DNA from: Candidatus Latescibacterota bacterium
GTDB lineage: Bacteria > Latescibacterota > CBDEFO01
DNA: 64,000 nucleotides
Direction: 5' to 3'
NCBI GenBank assembly: GCA_965248755.1
Contig: OZ252149.1
Location: 1,472,001 to 1,536,000 of the forward strand
Below the pieces are notes generated by a model. The model worked only from the letters and a program-made list of their open reading frames with translations. It had not been told where the DNA came from and searched no databases. Numbering within the stretch: position 1 is the stretch's first letter; each line of letters opens with the position of its first letter. Shown here one piece after another: positions 53,685-62,908 of the stretch. Position numbers and translations under genes: made by a program.

Positions 53685-56600
53685 TCAGCCATTTCTACCA
53701 CAGCACTTTTTGTACTTTTTTCCGCTGCCGCAGGTACAGGGATCGTTCCTTCCCACCTTGGGACCAGCTCTGACCACCCGCTTGAGGGCCTTTTCCCTTA
53801 TGGGCGCGTCGCCCCTATGTTCTACGATCTCAGATTCATCAGGCCCCACATCATAGCCCATTCCCGTTGCGTCTTCGTGTATCAGTCTGATCCCCTCAGG
53901 AGCCCTCCTGCTTCTCATCCTCGGAACCCCGATTGAATCCATGGGGGAACTCTCCTCAATAGGTGTCCTGAACAGGAACTTCAGGGTCTCCGTGTTGATG
54001 CTATCCAAAAGATCGACGAACATATGGAACGCTTCGGTTTTGTACTCGACCAGAGGGTCTTTCTGACCGTAGGCTCTCAGGCCGATCCCCTCTTTGAGAC
54101 TATCTATCTCGTAAAGGTGCTCTCTCCATTTGTCGTCTATAATGCCCAAAAGCACCATCTTTTCTATCTGTCTTAAGCGTTCCGAACCGATTTTCTCCTC
54201 TCGCCTTCTGTAAACCTGCATCACCTCGGATTTTATTCTCTCCCTCAGGTCCTCTTGCTTGAGACCTGCCATCTCCTCTTCATCCGTGGGAAGCTCGATC
54301 AAGAAGATATTTCTCAAATCCATCTTCAATCCGTCCCAATCCCACTCTTCAGGGTAGGACCTGTTGTCTGTGTGAGCCTCCACTAAAGATTCCACCGTCT
54401 GATCTATCATCTCGACGATATGTTCCACTACGTCCTCTTTTTCTAATGCGTCCCTCCTCCTATCGTAGATCACCTCACGCTGTTGATTCATCACGTCGTC
54501 GTACTCCAGAACGTGCTTCCTCATCTCGAAGTTCCTGTTCTCCACCTTCTTCTGAGCGTTGCTGATGGATTTGGTAACTAAGGAGTGTTCTATTACCTCA
54601 TTTTCTTCGGCGCCCAATCTGTCCATAATTGAAGCTATCCTTTCAGAGCCGAAGAGCCTCATCAGGTCGTCCTCTAAGGACAGAAAGAATCTGGATGCCC
54701 CCGGATCGCCCTGTCTTCCGCTCCTGCCTCTCAGCTGTCTGTCGATCCTCCTGGCATCGTGCCTTTCTGTACCTATGATCTGAAGGCCGCACGGAACATC
54801 GGCTTCGCAGTCAGATAGCGTAAGGCCGTCGGCTGTAGGAGTAGATCCGGGGAGCCCCGAACGCACAAGACACTTGTCGCACTTTACAACCCTCAGTCCT
54901 AACTTTATATCCGTCCCTCTTCCGGCCATATTCGTGGCGATAGTAACAGCCCCCGGTTCACCCGCCTGGGCCACGATTCCAGCCTCTTTCTGATGATACT
55001 TGGCGTTCAACACGGAATGAGGTATCCCCCTTCGCCTGAGCATACGGCTTAAAGTCTCGGACACTTCCACCGAAATAGTCCCGACCAGGACCGGAAGATT
55101 GTTCTGGTGCATAGTGGCGATTTCATCTATGATAGCGTTGTACTTTTCCCTCTTGGTCCTGTATATAACGTCATCGTAATCTATCCTTCTGACTGGCTCG
55201 TTGGTCGGGATGACCGACACGTCTAATTTGTAGATGTCGAAGAACTCATTAGCCTCCGTCTCCGCTGTTCCTGTCATCCCTGCCAGCTTGTCGTAAAGTC
55301 GCCTGAAGTAGTTCTGGAGAGTAATGCTCGCTATCGTCTGGGTCTCTCTTTCTATCTTGACGTTCTCCCTTGCCTCCAGAGCCTGATGCAGACCGTCTGA
55401 AAATCTCCGTCCGGGCTGAAGCCTCCCCGTAAATTCGTCCACAATAATAACGTGTCCGTCCTGAACCACGTACTCAACGTCCCTTTCAAAGAGCGAATAT
55501 GCCCTTAAAAGCTGACTTATGTTGTGAATAGTCTCGCTTCTTAGAGCATAAGCCCTGTGAGCTTCATCCTGCTTTTGCACCTTTTCATCCTCGGACAGAG
55601 ACTCGTCGTTCTCTATCTCTTTGAGATTTTCGCTCAAGTCTGGGAGCACTAACATATCCTGTTCCTCAGGAAGGAGTGACGACCTCCCCTGATCCGTAAG
55701 GTCTATCGTATGTCCCTTTTCATCTATGCTGTAGAACAAGTCCTCATCTATCTCCCCCATCTTTTTATCTCGCATAAAGTCAGCTTCCACACGATTTATT
55801 AACTTCTTTATCCCCTCTCCCTGGATCAGCTTCATAAACCTTTTGTTTCGGGGGCTTCCCCTTTGGACCTGTAGAAGTTTGATCCCGATTTCGTACTCGT
55901 CATCGCCGTTTTTCAACATGCTCTCCGCCTCAGCCAGCAAACTGTTCACAAGCCTCGTCTGACTGTTTACAAGCTTTTGAATCAGTGGTTTAAGCTCGCT
56001 GTATCTTTGGGTCGATTCGGGAACAGGTCCCGACATAATATGAGGCGTTCTGGCTTCATCTATTAAGATGCTGTCGACTTCGTCCACGATAGCATAGTTG
56101 TAATCCTTTTGAACTATGTCCTGCGTACTGGTGGATATGTTGTCCCTTAAATAGTCGAACCCGAATTCGTTGTTATTTCCGTAGGTGATGTCAGCTAAAT
56201 AGACGGCTTCGCGTTCAGAAGGTTCGAGGGCGTAGTCCTCTCCCTTTTTGACTAAAATAAACGAATCTGGCTGCGTATAGTCCCCCTTGTCCTGAATCAC
56301 GCCCAACGTAAGACCTAAGAAATCGTAGATGGGACCCATCCACGAAGCGTCCCTTCGAGCCAGATAATCGTTGGGCGTCACAAGGTGGGCGCCCCTTCCC
56401 GAAAGGGCGTTCAGATAGAGCGGCATCGTAGCCACTAACGTCTTTCCCTCGCCTGTGGCCATCTCAGCTACCTTGCCCTGATGCAGGACGACCGCGCCTA
56501 TCAATTGCACGTCGTAGGGGACATCGTTCCAAGTTATCGTCTGGCCGCAGACGTCCCATTGCCTTCCCACGAACCTGCGACAAACTTCTTTGACAACCGC

Positions 56601-56933
56601 GAACGCCTCAGGAAGGATCTCGTCTAAAACAGCGTTCGTCTCCCTTTTTCGCTCCTCCTCCAACTCTTTGATCTGATCCATCAGAGGACCCTTCAGATCG
56701 TGATCCTCCTCCCTTTTTAACTCCTCCCTCAACTCCTCAAGCTGTGCCTCTACCTCCTGGAGTCTTTCCCCTATCCTGTCCTTAAAATCGTCGGTCTTCG
56801 CCCTCAGCTCTTCGTCAGAGAGGCCGTGATACTCCTCGTAGAAGGCATTTATCTCCTCCACAATGGGCATCATCTTCTTGGCGTCCCTTATGTGCTTACT
56901 GCCGAAAACCTTTGTAAATATCTGTCCTAACAT
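53685..56933 (-). CDS. secA: Preprotein translocase ATPase SecA
   Basis: MATGEGKT, DEVDSILIDEARTP, ATNMAGRGTDI, GRSGRQGDPG, C-terminal CTCGSGKKYKKCC. Confidence 0.98.
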   Translation of the reverse strand: MLGQIFTKVFGSKHIRDAKKMMPIVEEINAFYEEYHGLSDEELRAKTDDFKDRIGERLQEVEAQLEELREELKREEDHDLKGPLMDQIKELEEERKRETNAVLDEILPEAFAVVKEVCRRFVGRQWDVCGQTITWNDVPYDVQLIGAVVLHQGKVAEMATGEGKTLVATMPLYLNALSGRGAHLVTPNDYLARRDASWMGPIYDFLGLTLGVIQDKGDYTQPDSFILVKKGEDYALEPSEREAVYLADITYGNNNEFGFDYLRDNISTSTQDIVQKDYNYAIVDEVDSILIDEARTPHIMSGPVPESTQRYSELKPLIQKLVNSQTRLVNSLLAEAESMLKNGDDEYEIGIKLLQVQRGSPRNKRFMKLIQGEGIKKLINRVEADFMRDKKMGEIDEDLFYSIDEKGHTIDLTDQGRSSLLPEEQDMLVLPDLSENLKEIENDESLSEDEKVQKQDEAHRAYALRSETIHNISQLLRAYSLFERDVEYVVQDGHVIIVDEFTGRLQPGRRFSDGLHQALEARENVKIERETQTIASITLQNYFRRLYDKLAGMTGTAETEANEFFDIYKLDVSVIPTNEPVRRIDYDDVIYRTKREKYNAIIDEIATMHQNNLPVLVGTISVEVSETLSRMLRRRGIPHSVLNAKYHQKEAGIVAQAGEPGAVTIATNMAGRGTDIKLGLRVVKCDKCLVRSGLPGSTPTADGLTLSDCEADVPCGLQIIGTERHDARRIDRQLRGRSGRQGDPGASRFFLSLEDDLMRLFGSERIASIMDRLGAEENEVIEHSLVTKSISNAQKKVENRNFEMRKHVLEYDDVMNQQREVIYDRRRDALEKEDVVEHIVEMIDQTVESLVEAHTDNRSYPEEWDWDGLKMDLRNIFLIELPTDEEEMAGLKQEDLRERIKSEVMQVYRRREEKIGSERLRQIEKMVLLGIIDDKWREHLYEIDSLKEGIGLRAYGQKDPLVEYKTEAFHMFVDLLDSINTETLKFLFRTPIEESSPMDSIGVPRMRSRRAPEGIRLIHEDATGMGYDVGPDESEIVEHRGDAPIREKALKRVVRAGPKVGRNDPCTCGSGKKYKKCCGRNG
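53927..53947 (+). repeat. 21-nt hairpin micro-element variant, in-frame inside secA (copy 4)
   Basis: CCCCGATTGAATCCATGGGGG, 19/21 to consensus; encodes SPMDSIGV. Confidence 0.65.
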
Positions 56934-56960
56934 TCTATCACCCCGCAACTTGTCAGTATA

Positions 56961-57350
56961 TTATCGAGCAACTTTTTGCAGTCCAGATTCGATGTTTAAA
57001 ACCTTAATCTCCAGATTTGAATTCAGATATTCCTTTATCTGTTCCTTATGAAAATCGCTGTCTTCAGTGGCTACGAATTTATCTCTAGTCTGGTGAGCTA
57101 CTTCAATGAATTTCAAATCATCATTGTGCAATCCCAAATCATTGATCAATTGTTCTTCATCTGTCTTAAGCAACTGCTTTCTTGTGAATATCACTCTATT
57201 GTTCCCTATCATATCTGCAAGCCATCTGCCCACGGCAGTCTTACCCTGTATATTTCTTCCGTACTAACGTCGTATTCCCCCTTTAGGATCAAGCGCAATG
57301 AAATGTTCCTTCCTTATAAAACGCAGAAAAGCTCCAGCATCAAAATGTAA
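56961..57350 (-). pseudogene. PIN-domain-like protein, frameshifted
   Basis: HFIALDPKG / YGRNIQGKTAVGRWL..DDLKFIEVA..FVATEDSDF. Confidence 0.55.
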
Positions 57351-57656
57351 GACGTCATACCAACTGTACACTCGCAGAAGGGCCCGATTTTATAGTAAGT
57401 AGAAGGAAATCTTTTCCAAGCGTCAACTGATATTCTGCGATATATACACTTCTTCATATCCCATCAGTACAGCTAATTCGACAGAAATGTTCAGAGGTAA
57501 GAAACCAGTCTTTTGCATCATATCCTTCATGCTTGGCGTAGTAATGTAGTTTCGTAGCAACAAGAACAAGAATTTTGGAACATTGAGATCTAATGTTAAT
57601 GCAAAGAACATTAGAAACCAATTGGTTATAGATAGAGTCCTCGTAAGAACGTAGCT

Positions 57657-57851
57657 CTAAGTTCTCGTCCTAACAACAAGTGGACTTTCAATATCTCCGC
57701 TCTCCAAGGTCTGCTTCAACATCAGCAGAGGCTGGAGTATGTTGTTTTTGCCTGAGTTGTTGGTGCCTATGAATATAGTTATCGGCTTTATGTCTATGTT
57801 GCCTGTCTCCTTGAAGCACTTGAAGCTTTGCAGTCTTAAAGAGGCAAGCAT
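57657..57851 (-). pseudogene. ABC-type AAA_15/AAA_21 ATPase N-terminal remnant
   Basis: LRLQSFKCFKETGNIDIKPITIFIGTNNSGKNNILQPLLMLKQTLES, then early stop. Confidence 0.7.
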
Positions 57852-57856
57852 CTTTA

Positions 57857-58618
57857 TTAAGTCCTTCTCATTCCAATTACGGCTTTCATCCCGCCTGTTA
57901 CGCCGTTCCCGCCTCTGTATGAATAGTACAAATCCTGATTGCACTTTGTGCAACAGTGCACGATCTCCACATCCTTGACGCCGAGGGGTCGCAACTGTGA
58001 GAAGTTGGCCTCCTGCAAGTTTAAGTGAGGTTTTTCGCCATTTGATCGCTCTAAGAATCGTGAATCGAATCTCTGGGCAATATCCTCATCCACTTCGTAG
58101 CAGCAGACGCCTATGGAAGGTCCTATCACTGCTATGATGTCAGAGGGATTTACTCCAAAAAGATCCACCATCTTACGCACAATCTTTTTAGAGATCTCCT
58201 TCTCTGACCCTCTCCATCCTGAGTGGACTGCACCGCAGACTCGCTTTACAGGATCAAAGAGGAATAGGGGGATACAATCTGCTGTACTGATAGCCAGATA
58301 TACATCCTCCCTATCCGTGATGAGAGCGTCAGTACTTCTGTACATGCCCGGAGACGTAACTACCCCTACCTGATCTTGGTGAATTTGCCGCGTCCGGGCT
58401 AACTTGTTGAAAGGTACATCGATCGCCGACGTAAATGCTTGATAATTTCTCCTGACTTTGTCTTCTGAATCTCCGGAAATAATACTCAGATTCAGAGAAT
58501 CGAAAGGTGGTGGACTGATCCCCTCTTTCCGAGTACTGAAAAGGGCGAGCAGATTCTCGTAGCGATCAAAGGTCTCAAATTTTGTGACTACAACGCTACG
58601 TAGCTTCTCAATATACAT
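57857..58618 (-). CDS. pgeF: Peptidoglycan editing factor/purine nucleoside phosphorylase YfiH family
   Basis: SLNL, QIH, DALIT, TADCIP, VHSGWRG, IGPSIG.CCYEV, CTKC, SYR. Confidence 0.92.
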   Translation of the reverse strand: MYIEKLRSVVVTKFETFDRYENLLALFSTRKEGISPPPFDSLNLSIISGDSEDKVRRNYQAFTSAIDVPFNKLARTRQIHQDQVGVVTSPGMYRSTDALITDREDVYLAISTADCIPLFLFDPVKRVCGAVHSGWRGSEKEISKKIVRKMVDLFGVNPSDIIAVIGPSIGVCCYEVDEDIAQRFDSRFLERSNGEKPHLNLQEANFSQLRPLGVKDVEIVHCCTKCNQDLYYSYRGGNGVTGGMKAVIGMRRT

Positions 58619-58679
58619 ATGGGTCCAAGTAAAGGAAGAAACAGTCCAAATGAGATTGCTTAGTTGCACCCGATTTATC

Positions 58680-58700
58680 CCCCGGTAGATTCAATCGGGG
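58680..58700 (-). repeat. 21-nt hairpin micro-element, copy 5
   Basis: CCCCGGTAGATTCAATCGGGG splitting the palindrome ACCCGATTTATC|GGGT. Confidence 0.8.
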
Positions 58701-58767
58701 GGGTAAGAATGACGTTGCTTGCGCTTTTTTAGAACCTTTGAGTTCCGTCTACTCCCAAAGTGATATG

Positions 58768-59187
58768 CTATTCTTCTTTCAACAACTCTTCTTTTTTCAC
58801 AATCGCGTCCAGAATTCCGTTCACAAAGTCCCACGAGCGATCTCCGCCGAAGTCCTTTGCAAGCTCTATGGCTTCGTTAATGGATACCTTGGGCGGAATG
58901 TCGTCAAAAAATAGGATCTCCGCAAGGGCTATGTACATAATTATTCTGTCCACCTTGGAGATCCTCTTAAACTCCCAATGTTCCACTATCTCTTTGATCA
59001 GCGACTCAAAATACGCCTTATTCTGCAGCACCTCCTGACAGAGCCTAAGAGCAAAACCTCTAAGATCAGGAGTCAATTTCATCTTCTTTGCCACATCTTC
59101 CAGCGCCACTTCTATCGGATCATCCGCACTTTCGGCCCAGTATAACGACTGAAGCGCAACTTGTCGAGCCTTCCTCCTTGTGGACAT
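58768..59187 (-). CDS. nusB: Transcription antitermination factor NusB
   Basis: RRKARQVALQSLY, IPPKVSINEAIELAK.FG, FVNGILD. Confidence 0.95.
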   Translation of the reverse strand: MSTRRKARQVALQSLYWAESADDPIEVALEDVAKKMKLTPDLRGFALRLCQEVLQNKAYFESLIKEIVEHWEFKRISKVDRIIMYIALAEILFFDDIPPKVSINEAIELAKDFGGDRSWDFVNGILDAIVKKEELLKEE

Positions 59188-59195
59188 ATCTTTCC

Positions 59196-59672
59196 CTAGC
59201 TTTTTCCATCGAACTGGATCATGAGATCGGCCATCTCAATCGCACTTAAAGCGGCGTCCCATCCCCTATTTCCGGACTTCAATCCCGCTCTGTCTAAGGC
59301 CTGCTCCACTGTATCTGCAGTCACGATTCCAAAGATGGTCGGAACTCCCGTTTTCAGTCCCACCTGCGCTATGCCCTTTGCCGATTCGCCCGCAACGTAG
59401 TCAAAATGCGGTGTCTGTCCCCTTAGGATAGCTCCAAGGCAGATAATGGCATCGAACTTTCCGCTCGATGCCAGCTTTTGAGCTACGATCGGAATTTCGA
59501 GTGCCCCCGGAACCCAGGCTATCTCTATACTCTCTTCATCCGCACCGTGCCGCTTCAAAGAATCTAAGGCCCCCTCCAACAGTCTTGTCGTGATTATCTC
59601 ATTGAAGCGGCTCACCACGATGGCGAAGCTCTTCCCGCCAGCCGATAGCTGACCTTCATACACCTTAGCCAT
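59196..59672 (-). CDS. ribH: 6,7-dimethyl-8-ribityllumazine synthase
   Basis: [23 protein letters not shown]. Confidence 0.96.
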   Translation of the reverse strand: MAKVYEGQLSAGGKSFAIVVSRFNEIITTRLLEGALDSLKRHGADEESIEIAWVPGALEIPIVAQKLASSGKFDAIICLGAILRGQTPHFDYVAGESAKGIAQVGLKTGVPTIFGIVTADTVEQALDRAGLKSGNRGWDAALSAIEMADLMIQFDGKS

Positions 59673-59691
59673 GACATTCCTTTCCTTTATC

Positions 59692-60903
59692 CTAATCTTT
59701 GTCGTCAAGCATATGCCCCATCTTATCCCGCTTGGTCTCTAAATATCTCTTATTAAACTTATTAGGTTTGATCTTTATCGGCACTCTTTCAACAATCTCC
59801 AGACCGTGCTCCTCCAACCCCACTCTTTTTGAAGGATTATTCGTAAGGGCTCTTAACTTAACCACGCCAAGATCAGTCAGAATCTGCGCTCCTATCCCGT
59901 AGTCTCTCATATCCGGTGGAAACCCTAATATATGATTAGCCTCAACAGTATCGTAGCCTTCATCCTGAAGCTTGTATGCCCTTATTTTACTTTCTAATCC
60001 TATTCCCCTTCCCTCCTGCCTCATATAGACTATGACTCCCCTTCCCTCCTCATGGATCATCCTCATAGATTGCTCTAACTGCTCTCCACAGTCGCATTTC
60101 AAAGAACCGAAGACGTCCCCTGTCAGGCATTGAGAGTGCATCCTCACCAAGATCGGCTCATCCTTTGAAATATCGCCTAGCGCCAACGCCACATGATGGT
60201 ATTTGTCCACATCGCTCTTATAAAGATGGAGCTTAAAGGTGCCGAACCTTGTCGGGAAGTCGTCTATCACCACCAGGCATTTGACCAGGCTCTCCGACTT
60301 TCGGCGGTATTCGATCAGGGACTGTATAGTTACTATCTTAAGATCGAACTCCTTGGACATACCGACAAGAAAGGTAAGCTTGGCCAGGTCTCCGCTTTCG
60401 TCCATTACCCCACCACACATGACTGCTACAGGCTCCAAACCCGCAAGCTGAATAAGGTCCACCGCCGCCTCAGTATGGCCTGCCCTCCTCAAGGCACCGC
60501 CCGGACGCGTCATAAGTGGGAAGACGTGTCCTGGAGATGAAAAGTCCTCCGGACGGCTATCCGGATCGGCAAACTTCCTAATCGTCATCGCCTTATCCCT
60601 GGCCGAAGCTCCCCTTGTAGTTCCTACGGCATCTATGCTCACCATAAACGCCGCTTTTGTCATAACCAAGTCCACAGGAGCCATCATCTCGAGTCCCAAT
60701 TCCTCTAATTTCTCCTTGGTCGCCGGCATGCAGATCATCCCATGACCGTGTCTGGACATAAAATTTATAGTCTGGGATGTCACCAACTGTGCTGCCATGA
60801 CCAACTCGCCGGGGCTCTCTGCATCCTCGTTATCCACAACGATCACCATCTTGCCCTGCTCTATGTCCCCTACGGTTTGCTCGACGCTGCTGAAATCCCA
60901 CAT
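59692..60903 (-). CDS. ribBA: RibBA fusion: GTP cyclohydrolase II with a degenerate DHBP synthase domain
   Basis: [23 protein letters not shown] and TNNP intact; RibB motif reads [10 protein letters not shown]. Confidence 0.92.
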   Translation of the reverse strand: MWDFSSVEQTVGDIEQGKMVIVVDNEDAESPGELVMAAQLVTSQTINFMSRHGHGMICMPATKEKLEELGLEMMAPVDLVMTKAAFMVSIDAVGTTRGASARDKAMTIRKFADPDSRPEDFSSPGHVFPLMTRPGGALRRAGHTEAAVDLIQLAGLEPVAVMCGGVMDESGDLAKLTFLVGMSKEFDLKIVTIQSLIEYRRKSESLVKCLVVIDDFPTRFGTFKLHLYKSDVDKYHHVALALGDISKDEPILVRMHSQCLTGDVFGSLKCDCGEQLEQSMRMIHEEGRGVIVYMRQEGRGIGLESKIRAYKLQDEGYDTVEANHILGFPPDMRDYGIGAQILTDLGVVKLRALTNNPSKRVGLEEHGLEIVERVPIKIKPNKFNKRYLETKRDKMGHMLDDKD

Positions 60904-60916
60904 CCTTTTTCTCCCC

Positions 60917-61558
60917 TTAAAGTCCCATTTCCTCTAACTGCTCGTACGTTACTCCCGAATCCGATTCTCCTCCAAATTCCGTTAATCTTTCCACGTACCT
61001 TGCAAGGATATCTACTTCCAGATTTACCCTGTCTCCTATCCTGCTCGTCCCCAAGGTAGTATGCTCAAGGGTAAATGGAATGACAGCCACAGTGAATCTA
61101 TCCGAAAGAGCCGACACCACAGTAAGGCTTATTCCGTCCAGGGATATCGAACCCTTAGATGCTATGTACCTTTCTAAAGTTTCGGGAAATCCTATCGTAA
61201 ATAGCAGACTTTGGCTCTGATCTTCCTCTTTAAGTATCTTCCCCACACCGTCTACGTGACCCAGGACCAGATGGCCGCCCAGACGTCCTTCGAGCCTTAA
61301 AGACCTCTCCAGATTGACCTTGTCTCCTGCCTTAAGATCGCCTAAAGTGGTCCTCTTTAGCGTCTCCTCCACGGACTCGAATACGAAAGCTCCGTCTGCT
61401 ATCTCCACGACTGTCTGACAGGCCCCATTTATGTTTACACTGTCCCCGACGTCCACATCTTCGATCGTTTTAGGTGCCCGCACCACTGTCCTTTGAAACA
61501 TCCCCTTTCTGTCCTTATGCGCTACCTCTCCCAGCTCTTCTATTATGCCTGTAAACAA
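60917..61558 (-). CDS. ribE: Riboflavin synthase (alpha chain)
   Basis: MFTGIIEE, GGHLVLGHVD, KGSISLDGISLTV, VNLEVD. Confidence 0.96.
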   Translation of the reverse strand: MFTGIIEELGEVAHKDRKGMFQRTVVRAPKTIEDVDVGDSVNINGACQTVVEIADGAFVFESVEETLKRTTLGDLKAGDKVNLERSLRLEGRLGGHLVLGHVDGVGKILKEEDQSQSLLFTIGFPETLERYIASKGSISLDGISLTVVSALSDRFTVAVIPFTLEHTTLGTSRIGDRVNLEVDILARYVERLTEFGGESDSGVTYEQLEEMGL

Positions 61559-61745
61559 ACATCAGTCCCCTGAAATACAAGTAGACGGTAGATAGGGACA
61601 CCGCTCAGTGCCTTGAGGCTGCTTTCCTTTCTACTGGCCTCTGGGCGTCGTAGGCGCTCTGTTGGTGTGTGGAGACAACAAAAAGAACGAAGTGCCCTCG
61701 CCCCTACATTATTTTCAAGGCACACACATGGGTCTGCCCTATTGC

Positions 61746-62852
61746 CTATTGCCTTTCGCCTTTCCCTGTCCACTGTCTACTGATTTTTGCGGAGTACATA
61801 AGATCGTCTCCGATTCTCTCTATCTCCACATCCCTCAGTGCAACACAATCCGACAGATTCTCAACCTTTATGTCCCCTATAGATTCTGTTCCTTTGCCTA
61901 TGATCTTAGGAGCTACAAAGACGACGATCTTATCCACTATCCCCATTGAGAGCGCCGACGACGCCACACAAGAGCCGCCTTCTATCATAACATGGGACAT
62001 CTCTTGCTCTGCCGCTTTCCTCATCACTTCCTTTAGATCCACCTTTCCGTTCAAAGGAGGCAGAAGCCAGACATCAGCACCCCTCTTTTCCAGGCTACTT
62101 ATCCGACTTTTGTCCGCGCCGTTGCAGGCAGCAACTATAAGCGCTGCTCCCGAAAGCACTTTAGAATCCACACGGATTCTGAGGGTGCTGTCCAGAACTA
62201 TCTTTATCGGATCTTCCCCTCTTACCGATCTTGTGTTCAGAAATGGATCGTCCGCAAGCACAGTGTTGATTCCAACCAGGACAGCGTCCACCTCAGCCCT
62301 CATCCTGTGGACATGTTTTCGGGATTCTTCGGAAGTTATCCACTTGGAATCGCCTGTCTTTGTCGCTATCTTTCCATCTAAGGATTGAGCTATCTTCAGC
62401 GTCACGAATGGGAGTCCGACACTTACATATTTCAAATATACTTCATTTATCTTGATCGCTTCATCCTCAAGGACACCGCATACGACCTTTATCTGCGCCC
62501 TTTTAAGCTTTTCTATTCCTATTCCTGATACCTTGTTATACGTATCCTTCATCGAACAGACGACTCTTTCTATCCCCCTTTCGATGATCATGTCCGAGCA
62601 CGGGGGGGTCCTTCCGAAGTGAGAGCACGGCTCCAGGTTCACATAAAGATGGGCCCCTTTTGCCTCATCTCCGGCCTGATTCAAAGCTATAACTTCGGCG
62701 TGTGACTCGCCCGCTTTCCTGTGAAATCCCTCCCCTATTACGATGCCGTTTTTTACTACTACCGCCCCTACGAGCGGATTGGGATTTGCGGTTCCCCTGC
62801 CCTTTTCAGCTAAAGATAGAGTGTAAGCGATGAATTTCTCATCTTGAGTCAT
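61746..62852 (-). CDS. ribD: Riboflavin biosynthesis deaminase/reductase RibD
   Basis: PNPLVG, HAE, LEPCSH.GRTPPC, SLDGKIA, IEGG. Confidence 0.96.
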   Translation of the reverse strand: MTQDEKFIAYTLSLAEKGRGTANPNPLVGAVVVKNGIVIGEGFHRKAGESHAEVIALNQAGDEAKGAHLYVNLEPCSHFGRTPPCSDMIIERGIERVVCSMKDTYNKVSGIGIEKLKRAQIKVVCGVLEDEAIKINEVYLKYVSVGLPFVTLKIAQSLDGKIATKTGDSKWITSEESRKHVHRMRAEVDAVLVGINTVLADDPFLNTRSVRGEDPIKIVLDSTLRIRVDSKVLSGAALIVAACNGADKSRISSLEKRGADVWLLPPLNGKVDLKEVMRKAAEQEMSHVMIEGGSCVASSALSMGIVDKIVVFVAPKIIGKGTESIGDIKVENLSDCVALRDVEIERIGDDLMYSAKISRQWTGKGERQ

Positions 62853-62908
62853 TGTCGGTCGCTTCTGGTAGGCGCTTCACCTGCGCTTCTGATACGTACT
62901 GCTGCCAC

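Noticed and set aside
61559..62908. FMN riboswitch in the rib operon
   Set aside because: Only 56 nt lie upstream of ribD, and the ribD-ribE spacer holds REP-like and heptamer repeats with no RFN motifs.
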